Assembly (NCBI RefSeq): GCF_006345805.1
Contig: NW_021836234.1
Location: 1-24,718, forward strand
Source of the DNA: Octopus sinensis
Lineage: Eukaryota
DNA length: 24,718 bases
Direction: 5' to 3'
Below, one piece after another: positions 9,761 through 18,739 of the stretch; the stretch's first letter is position 1, and each line of letters opens with the position of its first letter. A program made the translations under genes and the position numbers. The notes below the pieces were generated by a model. That model was not told the origin of the DNA. It made no database searches and saw nothing but the letters and a program-made list of their open reading frames with translations.

Positions 9761-10664
9761 ATTCTACATAATACCATCTCTTCTTCGCCTGGTTTTCACT
9801 CCCTCCTTCATTCCTTTTTTCTTCAGTCTCACTTTCAGAGGAGACCCTTTCAAACTTTCTTCTTCTGTATTTCTTGTCCCCTATTTTTCCCTCCGTTACT
9901 TCCCATCGCCTCATTTTTTCTTTTTCAGCTTCTCCGGTGGAGAACCCCTTCTACTTTTTCTTTTCCGCGGTTTCCCCTCCACGAATTCTTCCTCAGTATC
10001 CACAGTTTCAGCTTCTTCTCCACACTCCTCCACGGTTGCCTCTCTCTGCGCCAGACTTTCCTCCCTCTCTTTTTCCTGGCTTCTTTTTCCTTGCTTCGCC
10101 AAACTTTCCTCCCTCTCTTTTTCCTTGCTTCTTTGTGTCTCCTTTCGCTACACAAAAAACATTTCACGGGTCTGCCCTCTACCGCCACATTCAACTTGTT
10201 TCCTTCGAGCAATACTATTTCTTCAGTTAAGGAATTCAGGTCTTGCAGGGTGACTTGAATTTTCATTTCTAGCCCGTATCCCCAAAAGTCCACCTTTTGA
10301 GTTCTCGTTGCCTTAAATATTTTCGAAGGGTTTGATTTTACCCACCCTTACTCTCGCCATTTTTTTACCGCAGGAACTCTGTAGAAAAGCCTATTCGTCG
10401 TTCCTAATCGCGTCTACTGCATGCCCCGCTGCTCCTTCCTCAGATGCGAACCTGCCTTCTACCACTCTGAATTTCTGACCTCTCGTTACAAACGTCGCCA
10501 GGTGTTTAATATTTTTTAGTATTTTTTTCTACACTCTCAGTCGTCGCGGTTTCGATTCCTCCTGTGGATAATTTTAATGTTTTGTACATTCTTTTTTTTG
10601 TAAATTTTCCGAAAATTAGGATCTTTTTCCTTTCGAACGGCACATGTCAACACAATTTCTAGTG

Positions 10665-10894
10665 AACTGGTACTTATTTTTATCGATTCCGAAACGATGA
10701 AAGGCACGAGGCCCGACGTCTTGGAGGGATAAGCCGATTAAATCGATCCCTGTATTCAACTGGTATTTTATTGACGCCGAAAGGAGGAACGACAAAATGG
10801 ACCCCGGTGCCATTTGAACTCAGAACGTAGCGACGGGCGAAATTCCGCTGAGCGTTTTTGCCTGGTGTGCTAACCATTCTGCCAGCTCGCCGCC

Positions 10895-10895
<1 letters not shown>
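10665..10895 (-). mobile_element. Older, diverged family C SINE plus a partial central-domain fragment
   Basis: CTGCCAGCTCGCCGCC head at 10879-10894; TTTGAACTCAGAACGTAG B-box region; abuts (AAT)n. Confidence 0.75.
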
Positions 10896-10954
<59 letters not shown>

Positions 10955-10969
10955 TAATAATAATAATAA
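10896..10969. repeat. (AAT)n microsatellite
   Basis: Direct reading. Confidence 0.97.
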
Positions 10970-11973
10970 CCAAGCTCATGGGGGATGTGGATGTGGAAGG
11001 TGCGTGTATTCGTTTTCGAACTGCTGTGAACTTCCCCTCAACCACCTCCATGGTTTGTCCGGGGGGAGTTACATGTTCTGGTGCCACTTTAGAGGGGGTG
11101 GATGTTTTTGACGTTGTCGGGACTGGTGTATGCATGGGCTAGGGTTTGGGAGTGTCGTGTTTGGGGGCGGGCACCACTGATGGAGGAGTGGGAATTTTTG
11201 TTTCTGTGGAGGCTAATGCCTGTGCGGGTTTGGGGTCTTTTTTTTGTAATTGAGGGGCCTGCTGTCTGCGTCACTTTTCTTTTCCATTATTCACAGTCTA
11301 TACGGATGTGGCCTTTTTTTGCCACATTCGTAACACGTTGGCTTTTTGCCTTCTAATTGTATTCTCAGGGCGATATCCTCACCCAAGAGCACCCTCTCTG
11401 GAAGCATTTCGATATCTTCCTGAGTTCCCTGAATTATGGCAGAAATGTTCTGCCCGAGCCAGTTTTGTGGGGCAGAGCGTGTGATCTGAAGGAAGGCGAT
11501 TTTGTCCCTCCTGTGATACAACAGGGCGGTCATCACCTCACTTACATCAACTTCAGGTGGCACTTCTGTCACTCTTACTCGAGCAGTTCGTCTCCACATG
11601 TAGGTTGGCAGAAGTACCAACTCCTTCGTTATCAGGGGGACTCACTGAGTGCTCTTGGGCTTTTACTTCTGTTTCAAATCTGGCCTCTACTGTGCCATAA
11701 ATACGGCCCCTCGCTATATACTTTATGTCTTCCCATATGGGAGCCAGACAGTTTTCAATTTTGCACTGCTCAAAGTGCTTAAATTTCTTTGTTGAAGGAC
11801 TGTATGTTTTGAAAAGAACTGTCCTTCTTTTCAATTTTTCAATACTAGGTGAGGGTGATATTTTTATATCACCCCCCCCCCTCTTCTTTCATTTTTTCCA
11901 AAAAGCTCGGAGAGCTTTTCCTTTGGTAGTTCGACGTCGGGAGAGTGTTGGAGTTAATTTTTGTGAGTTCCAT
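10970..11973 (-). pseudogene. Near-complete decayed L1/Tx1-type ORF1 (~330 aa reconstructed)
   Basis: ATG at 11973: MELTKINSN..SPSFLEKMKEEGG/DIKISPSPSIEKLKRRTVLFKTY..ARGRIYGTVEARF../LVLLPTYMWRRTARVRVTEVPPE..LEGKKPTCYECGKK/GHIRIDC (CX2CX4HX4C knuckle), then a Pro/Thr-rich stretch and MEVVEGKFTAVRKR. Four frameshifts and two in-frame stops. Confidence 0.75.
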
Positions 11974-12068
11974 GTTAATTCATTCTGAATTAATTATTAC
12001 TGAATGTTGAAGGTTTTCCCTGTGCGGGTGTATCCGTATATTTCGGTTGGTTTTAATTCAATTGTATT

Positions 12069-12220
12069 ATGGAGAATTTGAATACCTCGAGCCAGAGTTA
12101 TGCAGCGGCGGCAACAGGTAGTGACAATATTGCCTAGTTAACAGTGACGGATTTAAAGGTAGAAACAGACAGATTTAAAGAATGTGGAAAATTGTTAACA
12201 AGTCAAGGAACAGCACTCTC
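12069..12220 (+). pseudogene. Possible N-terminus of a third ORF1-like element, cut off by a MITE end
   Basis: MENLNTSSQSYAAAATGSDNIA*LTVTDLKVETDRFKECGKLL. The SYAxA motif is typical of LINE ORF1/gag N-termini, but the segment is short. Confidence 0.4.
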
Positions 12221-12365
12221 GGATCTTTTCCTTTTGAACGGCAGATGTCAGCACAATTTCTAGTTAACTAAACACTTTTAAACTTCGTATACTGGTAGAA
12301 TGTGTTTATAAAACATCATTTTTCTCTTGGCTTTATTGAGAAAATTCTATGGTTTGTAAGATATT
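12221..12365 (-). mobile_element. Right-end fragment of the GGATC-TIR MITE family (variant TIR)
   Basis: GGATCTTTTCCTTTTGAACGGCAG followed by the reverse complement of ..CAATAAAGCCAAGAGAAAAA..CTACCAGTATACGAAGTTTAAA. A similar variant TIR occurs at 10619-10665. Confidence 0.75.
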
Positions 12366-12522
12366 TCGTCTGAAATTTCGAGCATTTCGGCAATTTTAAC
12401 CAATCGCTGACCTGCATTTGGGGTGAAAACATACCTTGTACCAAAATTTGAAACCATTATTATTATCCTCCACATCATCATCATCATTCTTCTTATTATT
12501 ATTACTATTATTATTATTATAG

Positions 12523-12637
12523 AGGTGTCGAGTTGTCAGAATCGTTACCGCGACTGGCAAAATACTTGGCGGCATTTCGTCCATCCTTACGAAACCGCGA
12601 GTCCGCTGCCCTAACCACTGGGCCATTGCACCTCCAC
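12523..12637. mobile_element. Fused head fragments: family C (+) and family B (-), between ATT/AAT tracts
   Basis: GTCGAGTTGTCAGAATCGTTA..CTTGGCGGCATTTCGTC, then ACCGCGAGTCCGCTGCCCTAACCACTGGGCCATTGCACCTCCAC. Confidence 0.7.
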
Positions 12638-12681
<44 letters not shown>

Positions 12682-13094
12682 CAACAACAATAACTACGAG
12701 AGCATCAATAATAATAACAACAACATAAATATGAATAATAATTATAATAATATCGTTAGCATAATATAGTTCCTTGAGAAAAAAAATACTATCATAGAAA
12801 TAAATTATATTTGGAGAGAAAAAAATTGCAGGATATAGGGAAATTTTTAGGAATTGCCAAACTATCTTGTATTCATTTCTGTATAAATTTAGAAAAAGCA
12901 AACAGACGGAAAATATAGCAACATTTCTGTGAAAGGCAATCCCACTCTCAGATATGTAAGGCCAAATAAACAAAACCAGAAGATAGCATCATTCAGGGAA
13001 AGGAAGTTTCAATGTAAATCATTTCGTATCTTGGACACCGCCTCATCACGTAAAAATACTGCATTGCGAAATTATGTAAGTGCTAATTATAGAA

Positions 13095-13434
13095 GGCAAC
13101 ATACTATCGTATTACAGTTACATGTACACACACGTACACACAAACAGCGTTATATTAGTATCGCCGGGCAACATACTATCGTATTACAGTTACATGTACT
13201 CACACGTACACACAAACAGCGTTATATAAGTATCGCCGGGCAACATACTATCGTGTTACAGTTACATGTACTCACACGTTCACACAAACAGCGTTATATT
13301 AGTTTGGCCGGGCAACATACTATCGTTTTACAGTTACATGTACACACAAGCAGTGTTATATTAGTATCGCCGGACAACATACTATCATATTACAGTTACA
13401 TGTCCACACAAACAGTGTTATATTGGTATCGCCA
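13095..13434. repeat. Minisatellite: 3 x 72 bp plus 2 x 62 bp
   Basis: Units start at 13095, 13167, 13239, 13311 and 13373 (GGCAACATACTATCGTATTACAGTTACATGTAC..TTATATTAGTATCGCCG). Confidence 0.92.
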
Positions 13435-13750
13435 GGATTATGATTACATGAAGAGTGTTCTTTCTTTACGTAGTTTAGTATTACATAGCCGATATGACAA
13501 AATCAGTGCGCCCTTACATGTTTGTTATCATATCATGTGATTTCTCTCCCACAGTTTCTGCTTAATAAATTAGTAAACACTGAAAAAGGATCCCGTTGTT
13601 TAAAATGGTAGGAGATTTGGTCGCGTGAAACACCAATTGCAACAACTTGTTTCGTTTGCGATTAAGACTTGTCAGGGATCGCTCAGCTCTTCAACCTGAA
13701 ATTCAGAAACTTGTAGCTTCTAACATCGTTAGTTTTTATGTAGGTATATC

Positions 13751-14261
13751 GCGGAAAGCGCATGGCTCAGTGGTTAGACCGTCGGGCTCACAATTATGAG
13801 GTAGTGTGTTCGATTCCCGGACCGAGCTGTGCGTTGTGTTCTTGAGCAAGACACTTTATTTCACGTTGCTCCAGTTCACTCAGCTGTGGAATGAGCTGCG
13901 ACATTACCAGTGCCAAGCTGTATCGGCCCCTTCGCCTTTTCCTTGGACAACATCGGTGGCATGGAGAGGGGAGGCTGGTATGCATGGGTGCGAACTGGCA
14001 GAAACGTTAGCACGTCGGGCGAAATGCTTAGCGGTATTTCGTCTGCCGTTACGTTGTGAGTTCAAATTCCGCCGAGGTCGACTTTACTTTTCATCCTTTC
14101 GAGGTCGATAAATTAAGTACCAGTTACGCACTGGGGTCGTTGTAATCGACTTAATACCTATGTCTGTCCTTGTTTGTCCCTTCTATGTTTAGCCCCTTGT
14201 GGGTAATAAAGAAATTGGTATGCATGGGTGACTACTGGTCATCCATAAAACAACCTTGCCC
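13751..14261 (+). mobile_element. CORE-type tRNA SINE (family D) hosting a nested family C SINE
   Basis: A-box TGGCTCAGTGG, B-box GTGTTCGATTCCC and CORE-like GCGTTGTGTTCTTGAGCAAGACACTTTA. The body resumes after the insertion at 14231. Confidence 0.8.
13991..14215 (+). mobile_element. Full-length family C SINE, nested insertion
   Basis: Perfect 15-bp TSD TGGTATGCATGGGTG at 13976-13990 and 14216-14230. Confidence 0.92.
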
Positions 14262-14292
14262 ACAACCAAGCTGTGGTGAAATAGTACATCTG

Positions 14293-14428
14293 GGGGTCGC
14301 CACCACCCAACGCCAGAGATCGTGGAGCTTTTAAGTGTCGTCGCTCAATAAACACTCACAACGCCCGGTCTGGGAATCGAAACCGCGACCCTAACACCGC
14401 GAGTCCGCTGCCCAAACTACTGGGCCAT
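14293..14428 (-). mobile_element. 5' portion of a family B SINE
   Basis: CGCTCAATAAACACTCACAACGCCCGGTCTGGGAATCGAAACCGCG is identical to part of 1836-2126. Confidence 0.82.
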
Positions 14429-14543
14429 ATAGAATCGGAAGATATATATATATATATATATCGTGATGTAATTTGCTTCGCAACCACGTAATTTCACATT
14501 TAGTCCCGCCCTGCAAAATTTTCGGGAAGTGATTTTGACGTAC

Positions 14544-14545
<2 letters not shown>

Positions 14546-14574
<29 letters not shown>

Positions 14575-14990
14575 TGTATGTATGTATGTATGTATGTATG
14601 TATGTATGTATGTATGTATGTATGTTTGTATGTATGTATGTATGTATGTATGTATGTATGTATGTATGTGTGTATGTATGTATGTATGTATGTGTGTATG
14701 TATGTGTGTATGTATGTATGTATGTATGTATGTATGATGTATGTATGTATGTATGTATGTATGTATGTATGTTGTGTGTATGTATGTATGTATGATGTAT
14801 GTATGTATGTATGTGTGTATGTATGTGTGTATGTATTTATGCATGTATGTATGTATGTATGTGTGTATGTATGTATGTATGATGCATGCATGTATGTATG
14901 TATGATGTATGTATGTATGTATGTATGTATGTACGTATGTACGTATGTAGGTATGTATTTATGTATATGTATACACACACAAATACAAAC
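14546..14990. repeat. (TATG)n microsatellite
   Basis: Direct reading. Confidence 0.97.
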
Positions 14991-15406
14991 GGCGTACGTA
15001 CATAAATTTATATATTTATACATCCGTACACATATAAACCTGCATACGCGGACATACATACAAGGATATACAAGCATACATACACACATATATGTACACA
15101 CACACACATGCATACATAAATACATACACACACACACACACACACACACATACATATATACATGCACGCTTACATACATCAAATACTATGTGAAATTTAA
15201 GAGAAACCGTGGGAAGAGATCAAGACAGGGTGAAGTAAGGAAGCTGAAGAGGAAAACGATGAAAGAAAGAAAAAAAAGGAGGAAAAGAACTCATTTCCAT
15301 CATCATCACCATCATCATCATCATTATCATCATCATCATCATCATCATCATCATCGTCATCATCATCATCGTCATCATCATCATCGTATATATATATATT
15401 TATATA

Positions 15407-15536
15407 CAGGGTGTCCCAAAAAATGTATACATATAGTGGTTCGGCAAAAGAGAACGATAGAATAAGTACTAGGCTTACAAAGAATAACAAATTTACAATT
15501 ATTTAAGGTGTGTATACATTTTTTGGGAACACCCTG
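15407..15536. mobile_element. Tc1/mariner-type MITE with TA TSD, containing a family A SINE fragment
   Basis: TA|CAGGGTGTCCCAAAAAATGTATAC ... GTATACATTTTTTGGGAACACCCTG|TA; internal GGTTCGGCAAAAGAGAACGATAGAATAAGTACTAGGCTTACAAAGAATAA. Confidence 0.82.
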
Positions 15537-15584
15537 TATGTACATATATATACATATGTATGTATATATATATATATATTTTTT

Positions 15585-15641
<57 letters not shown>

Positions 15642-15922
15642 CAACAATTGAGGGTAAAATTAATTAATTATTAATCAATTTCACCAAGTATTCAGTATGC
15701 AAGGGACCATTTAAGGCGAATTCAAATTATTACATTATATAAAAGGGCTTAGTAAAATAAATTACTTTGCCGCATACTGAACTCATTAGAAATAGTAGCT
15801 AAAAAAACTTTTTTAAAACTATTTCTAATACTTAAAGAAAACCTCTCTCATATAGTGTTTGCTCATTCAACTCACGAAAGTATGGGGGTAAAGACATTAA
15901 AAAATCAAATGCAAAGATTATT

Positions 15923-15974
15923 TGAGAACGTACGTTTCAAGATTAGTCAACTCGACATTTCTATCATCAGCTCA
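15923..15974 (-). ncRNA. Minimal type I hammerhead ribozyme candidate (copy 1)
   Basis: UGAG-CUGAUGA-[25-nt stem II]-GAAAC-GUAC-GUU-CUCA: intact core, stem I UGAG/CUCA, 2-bp stem III with a palindromic tetraloop. Confidence 0.72.
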
Positions 15975-16479
15975 GAACTCCTTGGTTTGGATTTGAAAAC
16001 ACTGAAAGTGGGAGCATACCCTTTCGGCTTCTTATCGCTTCTGAAGATCTGCTCGAAACTAACAGTGCCAGCAAACCCAAGATATGCAAGCGAAGAATTT
16101 CTGCTCTCCCCTTTCCACCAGCGTGGGTTAAAATCAGCAAACACTATGCTTTTTCGGTAAAATCCGAGGCATTAAATAGAGAGAGATGAATATAATTTCA
16201 ACAATTGAGGGTAAAATTAATTAATTATTAATCAATTTCACCAAGTAATCAGTATGCAAAGGGACCATTTAAGGCGAATTCAAATTATTACATTATATAA
16301 AAGGGCTTAGTAAAATAAATTACTTTGCCGCATACTGAACTCATTAGAAATAGTAGCTAAAAAACTTTTTTAAAACTATTTCTAATACTTAAAGAAAACC
16401 TCTCTCATATAGTGTTTGCTCAATCAACTCACGAAAGTATGGGGGTAAAGACATTAAAAAATCAAATGCAAAGGTTATT

Positions 16480-16531
16480 TGAGAACGTACGTTTCAAGAT
16501 TAGTCAACTCGACATTTCTATCATCAGCTCA
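16480..16531 (-). ncRNA. Minimal type I hammerhead ribozyme candidate (copy 2)
   Basis: Identical to copy 1, 557 bp away. Confidence 0.72.
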
Positions 16532-16971
16532 GAACTCCTTGGTTTGGATTTGAAAACACTGAAAGTGGGAGCATACCCTTTCGGCTTCTTATCGCTTCTG
16601 AAGATCTGCTCGAAACTAACAGTGCCAGCAAACTCAAATATGCAAGCGAAGAATTTCTGCTCCCCCCTTTCCACCAGCGTGGGTAAAATCATAAACACTA
16701 TGCTTTTTCGGTAAAATCCGAGGCATTAAAGAGAGAGATGATAATTATAATTTCAACAATTGAGGGTAAAATTAATTAATTATTAATCAATAATAAAGCA
16801 TAGTGTTTGCTGATTTTAACCCACGCTGGTGGAAAGGGGAGAGCAGAAATTCTTCGCTTGCATATTTGAGTTTGCTGGCACTGTTAGTTTCGAGCAGATC
16901 TTCAGAAGCGATAAGAAGCCGAAAGGGTATGCTCCCACTTTCAGTGTTTTCAAATCCAAACCAAGGAGTTC

Positions 16972-17023
16972 TGAGCTGATGATAGAAATGTCGAGTTGAC
17001 TAATCTTGAAACGTACGTTCTCA
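16972..17023 (+). ncRNA. Minimal type I hammerhead ribozyme candidate (copy 3)
   Basis: TGAG 16972-75, CTGATGA 16976-82, GAAAC 17008-12, GTAC 17013-16, GTT 17017-19, CTCA 17020-23. Confidence 0.72.
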
Positions 17024-17527
17024 AATAACCTTTGCATTTGATTTTTTAATGTCTTTACCCCCATACTTTCGTGAGTTGAATGAGCAAACACTATATGAGA
17101 GAGGTTTTCTTTAAGTATTAGAAATAGTTTTAAAAAAGTTTTTTTAGCTACTATTTCTAATGAGTTCAGTATGCGGCAAAGTAATTTATTTTACTAAGCC
17201 CTTTTATATAATGTAATAATTTGAATTCGCCTAAATGGTCCCTTTGCATACTGAATACTTGGTGAAATTGATTAATAATTAATTAATTTTACCCTCAATT
17301 GTTGAAATTATAATTCATCTCTCTCTATTTAATGCCTCGGATTTTACCGAAAAGCATAGTGTTTGCTGATTTTAACCCACGCTGGTGGAAAGGGGAGAGC
17401 AGAAATTCTTCGCTTGCATATTTGAGTTTGCTGGCACTGTTAGTTTCGAGCAGATCTTCAGAAGCGATAAGAAGCCGAAAGGGTATGCTCCCACTTTCAG
17501 TGTTTTCAAATCCAAACCAAGGAGTTC

Positions 17528-17579
17528 TGAGCTGATGATAGAAATGTCGAGTTGACTAATCTTGAAACGTACGTTCTCA
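17528..17579 (+). ncRNA. Minimal type I hammerhead ribozyme candidate (copy 4)
   Basis: Identical to copy 3, 556 bp downstream. Confidence 0.72.
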
Positions 17580-18047
17580 AATAACCTTTGCATTTGATTT
17601 TTTAATGTCTTTACCCCCATACTTTCGTGTGAGTTGAATTGAGCAAACACTATATGAGAGAGGTTTTCTTTAAGTATTAGAAATAGTTTTAAAAAAGTTT
17701 TTTTAGCTACTATTTCTAATGAGTTCAGTATGCGGCAAAGTAATTTATTTTACTAAGCCCTTTTATATATATATATTATATATATATATCTATTATATAT
17801 TATATATATATATTATATATATATATATATATAGTAGAAATATGTTACGAAGAAAATATAAAATACACGTGGAAATGTAAGGGTAAAATATGAAAAATCA
17901 ACGAAAATGCAGCTTGCAAATAAAAAAAAAATGCTATTTATGACAGGTATATACTTTTAGATTGACTGAGGTAGTAATACGAGTTATAAAAGTCATTATT
18001 ATGAGATGATTATAAGATGATAATAAAGTAAGAGAACAAAACATATA

Positions 18048-18081
<34 letters not shown>

Positions 18082-18087
<6 letters not shown>

Positions 18088-18351
18088 AAACGGTAAGATA
18101 ACAAAAGAAAGAAAGAGACCTCAATATTATGTAAATAGAGGAAATTTATCTATACAATAATATGTTACATTACTCGGTAGTCAAGATAAAACTCTGAGTT
18201 TCAGATGCCGAAGTGGAAATCCACTTATTTAACGGTATTTTTTCATAACGTTTTCAAATAGCCAGATAACCGAAGAGATGGTGTTGTGGATTTCCACTTC
18301 GGCATCTGAAACTCAGAGTTTTATCTTGACTACCGAGTAATGTAACATATT
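18082..18351. mobile_element. Second copy of the 3686-3944 inverted Penelope-like relic family
   Basis: Arms GTTACATTACTCGGTAGTCAAGATAAAACTCTGAGTTTCAGATGCCGAAGTGGAAATCCAC and its reverse complement; (TA)n on both sides. Confidence 0.65.
18264..18326 (+). ncRNA. Variant minimal type I hammerhead fold
   Basis: Stem I AGATAA/TTATCT (6 bp), core CCGAAGA (U4C), stem II GATG..CATC with an inner hairpin and one extra nt, GAAAC-TCAGA-GTT. Confidence 0.5.
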
Positions 18352-18390
18352 GTATATATATATATATACATATATATATATGTAAACGTT

Positions 18391-18525
18391 AAAAAAAACA
18401 CAAACTGGGACAAGAACGTGAAACATTTTAGAGACGACAAAAAAACACACAGACGGGACTTTCGAAGCTCTCAGTCATCAGTCAAGAACCAAATCATCTT
18501 CGCAATTTCGGCTGATTAATCTTGA
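18391..18525 (-). mobile_element. Short interspersed repeat in (TA)n, Penelope-terminal-repeat-like (second copy at 23596-23725)
   Basis: Two diverged copies in the window. Minus strand has CTGATGA/CTGAAGA followed by CGAAA/CGAAT, but no stem I was found. Confidence 0.5.
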
Positions 18526-18548
18526 AATATATATATATATATATATAT

Positions 18549-18702
18549 ATACTAAATAATTAGGGTTCAGCAATGATTTACCTTACCCTGAACCCTAATT
18601 ATTTAGTATTACTTAAACTTACCATGAAATGGTCTTTTACATGCCGAATTCTACTTGGTGAAATTACTGATTACTTCTTAATTAATTAATTTCACCGTTG
18701 TT
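18549..18702 (+). mobile_element. Short inverted-ended relic related to the 3' end of the 556-bp unit
   Basis: Perfect 22-bp inverted repeat at 18549-18570/18588-18609; 18627-18702 resembles 17233-17303. Confidence 0.55.
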
Positions 18703-18705
18703 ATT

Positions 18706-18738
<33 letters not shown>

Positions 18739-18739
18739 T

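Larger units (their letters stand above)
8345..10530 (-). pseudogene. Decayed L1/Tx1-type ORF1-like gene (RRM-like region, zinc knuckle, charged linker), split by two SINE multimers
   Basis: Minus: FVTRGQKFRVVEGRFASEEGAAGH..GKKMARVRVGKI / DFWGYGLEMKIQVTLQDLNSLTEEIVLLEGNKLNVAVEGRPVKCFLCSERRH, which aligns by eye with 10970-11973. Frame ..KKRWYYVE|YQRSIHIEVEILK.. resumes after removing the SINE dimer and one TSD copy. The extent below 9330 is less certain. Confidence 0.6.
15638..17769. mobile_element. Tandem and inverted array of ~556-bp hammerhead-containing units (candidate non-LTR retrozyme / Penelope-derived element)
   Basis: Units start at 15638, 16195 and 16750 (partial, to 16791); inverted units span 16795-17308 and 17309-17769. 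Only a handful of differences between units. Both outer ends merge into (TA)n. Confidence 0.8.

Noticed and set aside
12929-13540. 203-aa ORF with 24-aa repeats
   Set aside because: It arises from the 72-bp minisatellite, has a GTG start and shifts frame in the 62-bp units; no domain was recognised.
14391-15647. MYVC/HTYI-repeat ORFs
   Set aside because: Translations of (TATG)n, (CA)n, (CAT)n and (TA)n microsatellites.
15855-16160. ~100-aa ORF repeated in all four 556-bp units
   Set aside because: It is antisense to the ribozyme strand, has no recognisable motif, and its C-terminus differs between copies through indels. Recurrence is explained by near-identity of the units. It cannot be fully excluded without proteomics or diverged homologs.
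18440-18490. CTGATGA..CGAAA on the minus strand as a complete hammerhead (also 23650-23690)
   Set aside because: Core words are present, but no stem I partner or consistent stem III could be found in either copy.
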